Notes under the pieces: model-generated | What the model was told of the DNA's origin: nothing | Database searches by the model: none | The model's input: the letters and a program-made list of their open reading frames with translations, nothing else | Position numbers and translations under genes: made by a program | Shown: positions 1 to 10,539 of the stretch, piece after piece | Layout: every line of letters starts with the position of its first letter | Numbering within the stretch: position 1 is the first letter of the stretch | Assembly (NCBI GenBank): GCA_963801815.1 | Contig: CAWDGJ010000001.1 | Coordinates: 1-64,000 of the forward strand | DNA from: an uncultured Verrucomicrobiae bacterium | GTDB lineage: Bacteria > Verrucomicrobiota > Verrucomicrobiia > Chthoniobacterales > UBA10450 | Length of the DNA: 64,000 nt | Reading direction: 5' to 3'

Positions 1-443
1 AAGGACGCCCTGGTCCTCGCCTTCGCAAAGCTGATGCCATAGCCGAGTTTGGTGCAATCTACCTGCCGTGCTTGACCACTCATCCCACGGATGGCCGAGA
101 TCATTCCGCGTATATTCCGGATCATTGGAAACTGCGCGGTGACCGCCCGCACTGTGCAGGGGATGGCCCGCGTCCGGTGGGCAGGCTCCCGCCTGGCCCT
201 TGGTTTCTGACCGGAGTGTCCGTAGAGGCTCCGGGGTCAAGCGTGACTTCGCGGGATGTACGTTCACCAGGCACTTTCCGCCTGTCCTCGTTGTCCTGGG
301 GTCACGGTCACGCTTGAGGCTGGAGGGGCGGGCACGTACACTCAGCGGGCCATCCCCGGATCTGAGCCCAGCCAGGACTCTTGCACCTTCTGCCCGGTCT
401 CCGCTCGTGCCGTGTCATTCTCGTGGCTGCCATTGGCTGGTTG

Positions 444-1904
444 TTAGCCGCCGAGCAGGGTGACTGCTTTGGCGATGTCGGGGTCGTGCCCGGTGGACAG
501 GTCTTGCGCGGTGCGCGGGAGGTAGTAGTCGGGCGCGACGCCGACGCCGTTAATGAGCTCGTGGTGGGCGCTGAGATCGTGCTTTGCCGGAAGGCCAAGC
601 ACGCTGCCGTCGTCGAGCAGGTAACCGGGCGTCGGGCCGGACACGATGCCCGCGGTCCTGGTGCCGACCAGGGTGCCGAGCCGCAGGTCCTTCACCGCGC
701 CGCTGAACGCGTCGCACGCCGAGATGCAGTTGCGGTCGGTCAGCACGACCAGCGGCAGGTGCAGGAGCGGGACGTCCGTGTCGGTGTAGCGGGCGGCGCA
801 GCTGCCGTGCACGTCGCAGTCGTAGGTCCAGGCCGCGCCGTGGGTGAAGGCGCCGAGCAGCCGGGGGATCTCGCGGGTCGCGCCGCCGTCGTTGCCGCGC
901 AGGTCCAGGATGAGCCCGTGCAGCTTGGCGCCCCCGGCCAGGTGCGGTATTGCCTGCAGCACCTGGTCTGCCGCGCCGGGGAAGAAGGCGGGTAGTTGTA
1001 CGTAGGCGATGTGTCCGTTAAGCAGCTTTGCGGATACCAGGGGCGGGGGGGCCTGGTAGAGCGCGGGTGTCAGGGTCACCGTCCAGGTGCGGCCGGTGGC
1101 GGGCCGCTGCAGCCGCAGCGATACCCGGCCGGGCTGCGGGTAGGGACCGTAAAGCAGGTTCATCACCGCTTCGGAGACGATGCCGCCGACGAACGGCGGG
1201 GCGCCGTTGACCGAGACGATGACGTCGCCGGGCCGCAGCCCGTGGCTGGCGGCGGGGAATCCCGGCAGCACCGCGGTGAGGAACAGCGGCGGCAGCGCCT
1301 CTTGCGGCACGGTATCGGTCAGCGGGTACCCCGGTGACGTCATGATTCCCAGGTCGCCTGGCACCGATCCGGGCGGCGGTGCTGGGTAGGACCAGCGGGC
1401 GTGGTTGTCGTGCAGGCTGGCGATCATCCCGGTCATGGTGACGGCGGCAAGTGCCTGCCGCTGATCCGGGCTGGCCGGAAGCTGGCCGGTCACTTTGTGG
1501 TACACGGCGGCGAACGCGGTCCAGTCCCTGCCGCGGTCGCCGGTGAGCGCGGGCATCGTGGCGTCTGGCCGGTCCATCCCGAGCCGGTCAAGCTCCTGGG
1601 TGAACCCGGCGAACGCGGCGGCCAGCATCACCCGGTCATCGAGCACCGGCCCGGCGTAGTAGTGGGTGAACACGCAGTAGTAGGCCTGCCCGATGGTGGT
1701 GACCGTGGTCGGGTGCAGTGGCGGCGCTTCCGGCGGGTTTGGCGAGCACGGTGGCGGCTGTCCGCTGGTCACCGACGAGCTGGGTGACGCCGTGCCGGAT
1801 ACGTGTTTGGCCGTCTGGGTGCAGCCGGCGGTCCCGGCTACCAGGACCGCAGCCATCGCAACAAGGAGAACCGGCCGCAATTTCCGCGTAGACATCGGGA
1901 TCAC
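444..1904 (-). CDS. S41 family peptidase (PDZ + tail-specific protease domain), probable lipoprotein
   Basis: Signal peptide ending LVAGTAGC; PDZ segment GLRPGDVIVSVNG; S41 motifs LILDLRGNDGG, VVLTDRNCISACDAF, LVGTRTAG, GVGVAPD. Confidence 0.9.
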   Translation of the reverse strand: MIPMSTRKLRPVLLVAMAAVLVAGTAGCTQTAKHVSGTASPSSSVTSGQPPPCSPNPPEAPPLHPTTVTTIGQAYYCVFTHYYAGPVLDDRVMLAAAFAGFTQELDRLGMDRPDATMPALTGDRGRDWTAFAAVYHKVTGQLPASPDQRQALAAVTMTGMIASLHDNHARWSYPAPPPGSVPGDLGIMTSPGYPLTDTVPQEALPPLFLTAVLPGFPAASHGLRPGDVIVSVNGAPPFVGGIVSEAVMNLLYGPYPQPGRVSLRLQRPATGRTWTVTLTPALYQAPPPLVSAKLLNGHIAYVQLPAFFPGAADQVLQAIPHLAGGAKLHGLILDLRGNDGGATREIPRLLGAFTHGAAWTYDCDVHGSCAARYTDTDVPLLHLPLVVLTDRNCISACDAFSGAVKDLRLGTLVGTRTAGIVSGPTPGYLLDDGSVLGLPAKHDLSAHHELINGVGVAPDYYLPRTAQDLSTGHDPDIAKAVTLLGG

Positions 1905-2752
1905 CCGTCCTGAAGCCAGGCCTCTTCATTCCTTAAGGTCCGTAAGGTGCAGCGGATCCGGTCATGTCGTAAGAGGCGGATGACCGCCAGCGGCGGGACC
2001 ATCGGCCTGCTTCTTGCTGTCCTGCTGGACGAGCCCGGGGACGTCAACACCGGGCAGCTGGGGGCTGCGCCGGTCCGGTGCCCAGAGGCACGCCGTGCAA
2101 GCCAGCGTGGCCCACTGGACACCAGCTGTCTGGCCACCGGCCCACCCGGCATCCAGCCTGACCCTGCCATGAGCTGGACATCTCACCGCTATCAACAAAA
2201 GGAAGCCGCACATGACCCGTCGTGCACATCCGGGCCATTCGCGGGACGGCAGGTGACCTACGCCCTGCCCAGCTCAGCGTCCGGGGCCGATCGTGTACGC
2301 GGAGGGCGAATGCCCTCAAGACAGTTGGCGGTTCCCCACGTGAGAGCCAGTGACCACGAGGAGGTTGCCATGCCTGATAGCTACCGGCTCGCCTGGCCGC
2401 CGGGGCCCAGGATCGACGAGTGCTGATCCTGCACCGACGCGCGTGGCGTGCCTTAGCCGCGAGGGCCGCGACGGGCACGATCGGATGCGACGAAGCAGGC
2501 CTGCTGCCGCGCCGAGTATGCGGGCCGGACAGGCGGTCTGTGATCGGGTGGCCAGGTGCGGCTGGGACGGCGCGGACGCGCCGGGCGGGCCTCCCAAGGC
2601 AGAGCCCGGCGCGGGGAGCGCCGGACCCGGCGCCGCGCAGCGGCGCCGCTTGATTACCTCTATGGCTCGATTCGGCAGTTCAGCTCTAAAGGGTAGAGTA
2701 CAGCTGCCTACGGTAACGCTCGGTGATTGACGACAGGTGATCATTGCAGTAG

Positions 2753-2911
2753 TCGTGGCACGGGTCGTGGCACGGCTCACCTGCGGAACCGGTGCAATGA
2801 CGGCAATAATCGCCACTGGACCTTGGTATCCGTGCAGGCAGCGCGCCCGCAGCACTGGGCCGGGCTACTTTTAACCCATTGGTTCAGGGTTCGACCCCCT
2901 GGCGCCCCACC
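2753..2911 (+). mobile_element. att module A: arm-type direct repeats plus 3' half of tRNA-Lys(TTT)
   Basis: TCGTGGCACGG x2 from 2753, then CTTTTAA anticodon loop, GGTTCGACCC T-arm and CCACCA at 2868-2912; 5' half of the tRNA is absent. Confidence 0.85.
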
Positions 2912-2991
2912 AGGTGAAACATCTTCTTGATCATGGTCCTCGTGGACCGACTCGTGGACCGAATGTCGGTGATCCGAGCTACCGTTATGTC

Positions 2992-4507
2992 ATGGGTAAG
3001 AAGTCGCCCGGACACATAGAGCAACTGCCGAGCGGCTCCTGGCGGGTGAAGGTCTACGGAGGGACCGATCCGCTGACGGGTCGCGAGATCCGGCTGCGGA
3101 AGACATGTAAGACCGAACGGGCGGCGCAGATCGAGCTCGGCAAGCTGCTCGAGCAGGCCGCGGCGGGGCGCCAGCCCGAGACGAACGCGACCGTGGCCGA
3201 GCTCATGGACAAGTACGCCGAGGTGGCCGACTGGAACCTGTCGACGCGGAAGGCTTATGAGGCGTACATCCGGCGTGTTATCAAGCCTGCGCTCGGACAT
3301 CTGCAGGTCCGCAAGATCCGCGGGCCACTGCTCGACCTGCTCTATGCGCAGCTGCGGCGGTGCGGTGATCCTGGGTGCACCGGTAAGCGGTTCGTTGAGC
3401 ATCGGAACGTGCCGACCCTCAGCGTCGTTACTCCAAGCCGCCGGCCTGCCTGGCAGCAGGTGGCGGACACGCTCAGGGACGCGATCAGCTCTGGGACGCT
3501 GGCGGCGGGCGAATCGCTGCCTTCTGTCCAGGAGATGAACGCGCTACAGGACGTCCGGGTCGCGACGTTGCAGCACGCCCTGGCTGTCCTGGCCGAGGAG
3601 GGGCTCGTACTCCTCCGGCAGGGCCGGACCGCCGTCATAGCCGGTGACGTTGTGGCGGACCGTCGGGCGGCCCGGGCTGCGCGCGGCCGGGACCATGACT
3701 GCAAGCGTGCCGGATGCCAACAGCATGTGTGCAGGCCGCTGACGGCGAAGACGATCCGGAACATTCACAGCATCCTGTCCGGCGCCTTTTCCACAGCGGA
3801 GCGCTGGGAGTGGATTTCCTGGAATCCGGCAGAGTCCGCGAAGCCTCCGACGGTGACGCGACGGCCGGTGCCCCGCTACTGCGCCCGAGGACGTCGCCAA
3901 GGTGATCGCTGAGGGGCGTAAGACGCACCCGGCCATGGCTCTTTATCTATGGCTAGTGGCGATCACCGGCGCTCGGCGGGGCGAGCTGTGCGCGCTACAG
4001 GTCTGCGATGTCGATCTGGAGAACGGCGTGCTCCATCTGGCGTACAACTATGTCGTGGTCGGCGGCCGCCGGGTCCGGAAGGACACCAAGACGCATCAGG
4101 ACCGGTACCTGGCCATCGACCCGGTCACGTGCGCGATGCTCCGCGAGCACCTGGAAGCTATCCGCGCCGAGCTCGGCGGCCTAGGGCTCAGGCTGCCCGA
4201 GGACGCCTATGTCTTCTCCAACGACCCGATGGGCGCCCATCCGTGGAATCCCGACTGGGCCACACACAAGGCCAGCGACCTAGCGACCGCGGCCGGTGTC
4301 AAGCTCAACATCAAAGGGCTGCGACACTACACGGCCAGCCAACTGCTCGCAGCCCGGTTCGACCTGCGCAACACTGCGGCGCGTCTCGGCCATGGCAGCG
4401 GCGGGGCCACCACGCTAAGGCATTACGCCGATCCCGTATCCGAGGTCGACCGGCGAGCCGCCGCCTACCTCGCACAGCTCACCGCAGGATCCACAACCAA
4501 GGGGTGA
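2992..4507 (+). CDS. Tyrosine integrase with internal GntR-type wHTH; single +1 frameshift near 3872 (likely read error)
   Basis: N-terminal arm-binding segment [16 protein letters not shown]; catalytic motifs [31 protein letters not shown]; removing one C from the CCCC run joins the two ORFs as [16 protein letters not shown]. Confidence 0.9.
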
Positions 4508-4907
4508 CTAACGTCTGCGGGCATGAGACGCAGCAGGACTAGCGCGAAAATTTAGCGCCAACCAACCGCTGAGCGGCGGCGGTCCCGGCGTCAGCACCCG
4601 GGCTCTGACCTTAGGAGACCACACCCGGGCGCACGCCTGGCCTCCACGCCTCAGCCGGTCACAGATCGGCCACGCTCACCCGGCACGGCGGTCAGGTGCC
4701 GTGCCCTGCCGCCATCCTCGGCGCCCGATTATCCCGCTCGGCAGCCGGGGTCCAGGCAGCCCTACAGGCGAACCGTTTCGCCGAACCTAGACCCCGGCTA
4801 TCACCCGCCAGGTGTTAGCGGCCACCTAGGACGACGGAGCAGAACTGGCCGGAACCCAGCAGTGCACTGTGCCTCACGGCGATAGGCCGCTCGAACGCGC
4901 CCGGGCT

Positions 4908-5219
4908 CTATAGATCTGGCACCTGCCCGGTCTGGCCAAGCGCGGGTGCGAACACGCCGTGCAGCGGGAAGAACTTCACCTCAGGCTGTCCCTGGATGCC
5001 AAGCTCCTGGACGACGGGGGCCAGGCGCTTCTCCATGAATGTGCTGAATGCCTGCTCTGACTCCCACACGTCGGTCACGTGCAGGCCGTCGTCGGCGAAC
5101 CCGGACACGTGGAGCCTGGCGCCGTCGGGCACATCCCGGTCCCAGCCGACCTTTTCCCGCGCCTGGTCGTACTCGTCCGGCGTTGCCTCGCGCCAGTGCA
5201 TCAGCATGATCGTCGCCAT
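4908..5219 (-). CDS. Small dimeric alpha/beta-barrel (ABM-like) hypothetical protein
   Basis: GAGGAGG RBS; LHVTDVWESEQAF motif typical of this fold. Confidence 0.7.
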   Translation of the reverse strand: MATIMLMHWREATPDEYDQAREKVGWDRDVPDGARLHVSGFADDGLHVTDVWESEQAFSTFMEKRLAPVVQELGIQGQPEVKFFPLHGVFAPALGQTGQVPDL

Positions 5220-5445
5220 CGTCCCCTCCTCAGATTGTGGATGTTCGCGGCGAGCCCATCCAGCCCGGCGATAACCCGGCCGGTCAGGACCGCCCGGGCC
5301 CGGCTGCTGGGCTAGTCACTCACGGGCCTGCCGTCTTTTGTACGTCGCGGGGATACGCCCCGGATCACCCGGAGCCGGCCGTGCCCCATATCTGCTACAT
5401 TCCCGGTCACGTCGTTAGCCTGGATCACGCAGACAGAGCAGGGCT

Positions 5446-5566
5446 TTACAAGTAGCCCGGCCCGATGCTACGAGCGCTCTACCTGCACCTATGACACGGG
5501 TTATCGCACGGATTGCACTCGTTGCGCTGGGATTTTCCGGCGCAACGTTCCACGAACCGTTCCACG
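5446..5566 (-). mobile_element. att module B: arm repeats ending at a Thr(TGT)-like loop CTTGTAA with no tRNA arms after it
   Basis: Minus strand reads CGTGGAACG x2, GTGCAA, GTGCAGGTAGAGCG, GGGCCGGGCTACTTGTAA; same layout and 114-bp spacing as module A. Confidence 0.7.
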
Positions 5567-5793
5567 CGGACGGCGGGTAACGACGCCCCATAGCTATAAC
5601 CGAATGTAGAGAAGACAGGAGAGAAGCAGGAGCCAGTGAACGGACCGCCAGGCTAGCTGGGCAGCCCGCTATTTCTCAGCCACTCAGCACAGCCGGGCCT
5701 CAAGCTCTAAGTCAATGTCGGCATTGACCAGCCCCGCCGGCCCGGCCCGTGTCCCGTATCGACTGTCCATGTCGGGGCGGAAAGTTGGCCTGG

Positions 5794-6714
5794 TCAGCCG
5801 GTTATGCCGCTCAAGATCGCGGCCCGAAGCGCGGGCCAGCGTTGTTCGGCACGCAGGAGCAGGTCGATGCCGAGTCGGATCTGGTCGAGCGCGCCGTGAT
5901 CTCCGTCGACGTGGCGGCCAATAAAGAAAGCGACATGCCCCAGGGCGCGGGCCCGTTGGGCGGTGGCGATCAGGTCGAGCTCGTGTTCTGTAGGGGGTCG
6001 CGCGCCGAAGTAGCCGACCGCGATCTGCGCCGAGTCCCCGACTTCGGGAATCAGGGCCGCGATCGCAACATCGACGAGGGGCAGGTCTGGGTGGGCAAAG
6101 TCGAAGTCGAGAATCCCGCTGACAGTCCCGCCCTGGTACAAGATGTTCCCGTCGTGCCAGTCGCCGTGCACGAGTTGCACGCCAGGCCGCCCGCTGGCGG
6201 CTGACCCGGCCGCGGTGCGTACCTCGGCCAGTTTGCGGCGGATCAAGCCGCTCAGGACCGGGTCGTCCAGGGCGTCGAGACGCTGCCAGGCCGGGTCGGC
6301 GGGCATCTCAAGAATCGGCGGAAAGGCATCCGGTGGCCCCGTGACCGAGACAGCGGCGAGGTCGCGGTGCAGCCGGCCCAGAAGCCGGCCAAGCTCCCGA
6401 GGCTGCCGCGGCCGCCGCGGGCTGCCGCGGCGTCCCACCAGCCGCGGGAACAGGGAATAGCGGCGACCGTCATCAACCACCACCATGCGCCCCGCATCTG
6501 ACGGAATCGGGACCGCGACCGGCCAGCCTCGCTCCCGAAGCTGCCCCACGATGGCATGTTCGTAGTCGATCGCGGCATCGGAGCGGAACGGGCCATAGCG
6601 GCGGAGCACCAGGCCTGCGCCGACGTACCAGTGCTCGTTGTTGCGACCCGCGTCGATCCGATAAGGCCGGACGTTCTCCAGGCCATAGGCAGCCAGGACC
6701 AAGCGCAGTGTCAT
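5794..6714 (-). CDS. APH / homoserine kinase type II family phosphotransferase
   Basis: LVLRRY, LGRLH, HGDWHDGNIL and ILDFD motifs; start uncertain (6714 or 6735). Confidence 0.85.
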   Translation of the reverse strand: MTLRLVLAAYGLENVRPYRIDAGRNNEHWYVGAGLVLRRYGPFRSDAAIDYEHAIVGQLRERGWPVAVPIPSDAGRMVVVDDGRRYSLFPRLVGRRGSPRRPRQPRELGRLLGRLHRDLAAVSVTGPPDAFPPILEMPADPAWQRLDALDDPVLSGLIRRKLAEVRTAAGSAASGRPGVQLVHGDWHDGNILYQGGTVSGILDFDFAHPDLPLVDVAIAALIPEVGDSAQIAVGYFGARPPTEHELDLIATAQRARALGHVAFFIGRHVDGDHGALDQIRLGIDLLLRAEQRWPALRAAILSGITG

Positions 6715-6895
6715 CGACGCGCAATATAGCACCACAGGTGAGGGCGGCCGGGGAGTACTCCAGCAGCTGAGCCCGCAGCCGCAGCGCCATCGCGGCCCGC
6801 TCCCAAGTCAGCCTCTTTGCGTGCGGGCGAGCACCTTAACGGCTTCGGCCGCCGGGCTGTCGCAGCTGTCGGGCGGAGGCCGGCGCGGTGTGTGG

Positions 6896-7057
6896 GGTGG
6901 AGCCGCCTATCGGAATCGAACCGATGACCTACGCATTACGAGGGGCATGCTCCCCCGCTCCCGTAGCGTGACCTGCACAGATAGCATGGCGGATCGCACC
7001 TCCGAGCACTGGTTGCACTGGAATTTCGCTGCCCGCCGTTCCATGACCCGTTCCACG
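6896..7057 (-). mobile_element. att module C: arm repeats plus 3' half of tRNA-Thr(CGT)
   Basis: Minus strand CTCGTAATGCGTAGGTCATCGGTTCGATTCCGATAGGCGGCTCCACC (6942-6896), preceded by GCTATCTGTGCAGGT and CGTGGAACGG/CATGGAACGG repeats. Confidence 0.85.
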
Positions 7058-7237
7058 CCCAGCCGTTGTCGTTGCCTCTACGCGGACAGGAGAACCGCGT
7101 TCCGTTCAACCAGTCGTCGCTGGGTTATGAGCCATATTGCGACACGAGGTCGCACGTTGTGAGTGAGCGCGTTGAGGAGGTCTGGCTGATGCCAGGAACG
7201 TAGCTACGGGTTGTGTCTGACCTGTCCCCGCCGTGAC

Positions 7238-7736
7238 GTGCGTGGCCGGCTCCTGGCCGGCTGGGTGCGGAGCTCACGGGAAAGCCGGAGGGCCGCCGTC
7301 CCAGCCATGGCGGCTACGGGTGAGGGGAAGGACCGGAGGGGCGACTATCAGGGAACCCTTGCTGATGCCTCGTCACGTAAGCATCCCGGGCTGGGCTGGT
7401 TTTCCGGGGTGGCAGGGACCGGCCGTTGAGAGGCGGCAGGCGGCGGCCGCGCATGCGGCGTGGCCGGTAGGCACCGTTGTCCCCGGGGTAGAGAGGGCGC
7501 CCGGCCCGGTCTGGGTCTCATGCGTGCGGAACGTGGAAACCCTGCTGTGGGTCCGCATCCTAGGCGCGGGTATGCGCAGGCGATGCGGTAAGCCGACCGT
7601 AAGGGGGGCTGAATTCCCTGGCAGGACAGGGTGCCCAGGAAGCAGATGCCGGGCGGCCGAAAGGCGGCAGGAAGGCGGGGCCGCGGGACCGGGACTCCTC
7701 CCGGATTGGCCTCGTATAACTGGCCCGGATGCCGGG
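7238..7736 (+). ncRNA. Probable 5' fragment of a group II intron (about domains I-III), truncated by an IS
   Basis: Starts with GTGCG; non-coding and structured, with segments I associate with actinobacterial group II introns (CGGAACGTGGAAACCC, GTAAGCCGACCGTAAGG, GGCCGAAAGG); no RT ORF or domain V visible. Confidence 0.55.
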
Positions 7737-7918
7737 TGTTGACGGCCTGATTGGCTGAGCTTGTTCGGCTGGGTTCCGGCTGCGTTCTTTGGTGATGTGG
7801 GCTGCGGGGGTCCCCCGGCGCGGTTCAGGATTGTGGTGAATCTGTTACCTGACGTAATGATCCCTTCTCGCCTGGTTTGGGTGCCTTCGCGAGAAGGGAT
7901 CGGGGGCGGTGATTCGCC

Positions 7919-8554
7919 ATGTCTATCGTATGGCCGTGCCCGCTGACGGTCGATGAGTACGCGGCGTCGGGACGGGCGGTGCGGGTGCCGCGGCCGGAGT
8001 GCCCGCGGTGCCTGGGGCCCGTGGTGTTCTGGTCGGGTTACTGGCGGCATGTCCGCTGGCAGGGGCGGTGCCGGAAGATCTTCGCGCCGCGGGTGCGGTG
8101 CCGTGGCTGCGGTGTGACGCATGCGCTGCTGCCGGCGTTCACGCTGGCGTGGCGGCTGGATGCGGCCGATGCGGCCGGGGCGGTGATCGGGCAGGTCGCG
8201 GGCGGGGCATGCGGGGTCCGCCCGGCAGCGGCCGCGCTGAGCGTGCCGTATACGACGGCGCGGGGCTGGGTGCGCCGGTTCGCCGCGCGGGCGGGCGAGC
8301 TGGCGGTGAGTTTCTCCGCGCTGGCTGTCGAGCTGGGCGGTGAGGTGGCCCGGCCTGCGGATCCGCCGGCCCGGCTCGCCGTGTCCGCGATCGCGGCGGC
8401 GTTCGCCGCGGCGGCCGGCCTGCCGGGATGGACTGCGCTGGGACGGTGGCGGTTCGCCAGCGCGGTGACCGGCGGGACCCTGCTGTCCGCCAACGCAGGC
8501 TCGCCCTGGCTGATCATCGGCAGGCGGCGTTTCATGCCTCCCAGGAGCCCGTGA
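7919..8554 (+). CDS. DUF6431-like CxxC/HTH IS accessory protein
   Basis: CPRC, RVRCRGCGVTHALLPAF and HTH AAAALSVPYTTARGW. Confidence 0.8.
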   Translation: MSIVWPCPLTVDEYAASGRAVRVPRPECPRCLGPVVFWSGYWRHVRWQGRCRKIFAPRVRCRGCGVTHALLPAFTLAWRLDAADAAGAVIGQVAGGACGVRPAAAALSVPYTTARGWVRRFAARAGELAVSFSALAVELGGEVARPADPPARLAVSAIAAAFAAAAGLPGWTALGRWRFASAVTGGTLLSANAGSPWLIIGRRRFMPPRSP

Positions 8555-8597
8555 CCGCAGCCGGCAGGCGGGCGCGAAGGGGAGGGAGAGCCCCGGG

Positions 8598-9045
8598 ATG
8601 GATGAGAAGACGCGGCAGGAGATCGCACTGCACCGGTGGGCGGTGATTGCCGAGGCCGCGAACGGCAAGCTGACCAGTTCCGAGCGGGGCGCGGTGGTGC
8701 GGCAGATCGCCGCCCGCGAGCACGCGCACCCGGACGGGACGGCACGCAGGTACTCGCGCGGCACGATCGACCGCTGGCTGCGGTCCTGGCGCAAAGGCGG
8801 AGTGGACGCGCTGCGGCCCTCGCAGCGGTCCGATACCGGGGCGGTGCGGGCTATGCCGGAGCTGTTCGCCGAGGCTGCCGCTTTGCGGCTGGAGATGCCG
8901 GGCCGGTCCGCGGCGCAGATCGCCTCGATCTTGCAGTACCGGCACGGCGTGCAGGTCGCCGACCGGACCATCCGCGGGCAGCTGCGCCGCGCCGGGCTGC
9001 ACCGGGCCGCGCTGAAAGCCGCCCCGAAGGCCTACGGCCGCTACG
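8598..9045 (+). pseudogene. DDE transposase N-terminal HTH region, truncated before the catalytic domain
   Basis: IALHRWAVIAEA, YSRGTIDRWL, RSDTG, then APKAYGRY followed by an abrupt switch into antisense CLC sequence. Confidence 0.8.
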
Positions 9046-10328
9046 CGGGTTGGTGTGAGCCTGGCGGAGGCGACGTAGGCCACCACGACGGCGACGATCA
9101 CCAGCGGCATGACGGCCAGGCCGTCTGAGGCCAGCAGCAGGGTGGCGAGCAGGACAGAGGTCAGCGGCAGCCTGAGCATCACCACGGCGATCGCGCCGAT
9201 GCCCATGGCGACGCCGTCGATAAGCGGCAGCCCCGGCAGGTGCGACAGCGCGATGCCGCCTGCCGCCCCGATGAACAGGGCCGGGAAGGTGGGACCGCCG
9301 CGGAAGCTGCTCAGGGACACGCCGTAGGCGAGGCCCTTGCAGGCGAGGAGCAGCAGCAGCGCGCCGACGGTGTAGCTGGCGCTGTTGGTGATGAGCGGGC
9401 CCAGTGCGGATTGCCCGGAGAACAGCACCTCGGAGGAGGCCTTCCCGGTTCCCGCGGCGAACGCGATCGCCAGGCCCGCAACGGCCAGGCCGACGACCGG
9501 AGTGAGCAGCAATATCCGCCGCTCCACGTGAGGCCGCAGGAACAGGCCCAGCCACCGGATCCCGGAGCCGACCGGGACAGCTAGCAACCCGATCGCCAGC
9601 GCCCACAAGAACTCGCCGCCGGTGGGCGCACCGACGGGCGGGAGACCGGGAATCGCCAGCGAGAACGTGCCAAGACCGGTCCAGGCGTCCAGGCCGATGA
9701 AGATGAGCGATCCGACGCCCGCGGCCAGCAGGCCAGGTACCAGCACGAGCTGCATCATGGGGCCGCCCAGGCCCGAGGCTTCCATCAGCAGGAACGCGCC
9801 GGTCAGAGGCGAGCCGAGCAGGGTGCTGATCGCGGCGAAACTGCCCGCAGCGGCCATCACGGACTGGACCCGGGCCGGAGCGTCCCGCTTGACCAGGCGG
9901 ACCGCGAGGGCGCCGAGCCCAGCGCCGAGGGCGATCAGCGGCCCTTCAGGCCCGAGCACCACGCCCAGGCTCAAGGTGGCAAAGGCCGCGAGCACGATGC
10001 CGGGCAGCTCGATCAGCGGCGGAGGGCCGCCGCCCGCCTTGAACCCATCGGCCGGGGAATGGCCGCCCGTGCCGGGCAGGTACCGCAGGGTCAGACTCAC
10101 CAGCACCCCGGCCAGCGCCAGTGGCAGAATGGGCCACCACAGCGGTTCGGCGTGAAAGCCCAGCTCCTTTGGCAAGCTGGTGAAGATCCAGCCCTGCAGC
10201 TTGCTGACCAGCGCGAGGAAGAAGTAGGCCGCCGCCGACACGGGAACGCCGACTAGCGCGGCCAGCACCAGCAGGACCAGGTAACTCCTGGACCGCAGCA
10301 TCGCCATGGGATCGGGAGGTGTCGTCAC
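9046..10328 (-). CDS. CLC-family chloride channel/antiporter; native stop lost at the junction with the IS
   Basis: AGGAGG RBS before GTG at 10328; many TM helices; GHSP, LGPEGP and FRGGPTFP motifs. Confidence 0.85.
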
Positions 10329-10539
10329 GAGCGTCCTCCTAAGCTGGGGCCTGACGGCCCGCGCGGAAAGCAGGCCAATTGCACGAGCAGCCCTGCACCG
10401 CCCGGCCTTCCCTTGGCCAATCCTTATACCGTCGCCGCCGCCAGCACCATAGGCAGTCTCCTGGTGTCCACCCATCGTCCTCATAGCTGCCGATCCCTGG
10501 TGAGCGGCAGCCGGATCCAGGGTCGGCGAAGCCGATCGC

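Larger units (their letters stand above)
7737..9045 (+). mobile_element. Truncated IS-like element (Zn-finger/HTH ORF + DDE transposase)
   Basis: Begins TGTTGACGG, followed by two ORFs typical of the DUF6431 + Mu-like DDE transposase arrangement; the 3' part is missing. Confidence 0.7.

Noticed and set aside
1947..2750. Several overlapping ORFs between the S41 gene and att module A
   Set aside because: Arg/Pro/Ala-rich shadow translations with no recognisable motif; probably decayed fragments
2867..2912. Complete tRNA genes (also 6896-6942 and 12647-12691)
   Set aside because: Only anticodon loop to acceptor 3' strand is present; no D-arm or 5' acceptor strand
3865..3915. Programmed frameshift or pseudogenisation of the integrase
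   Set aside because: One extra C in a homopolymer restores the frame, and similar indels occur throughout the read; cannot be fully excluded without more reads
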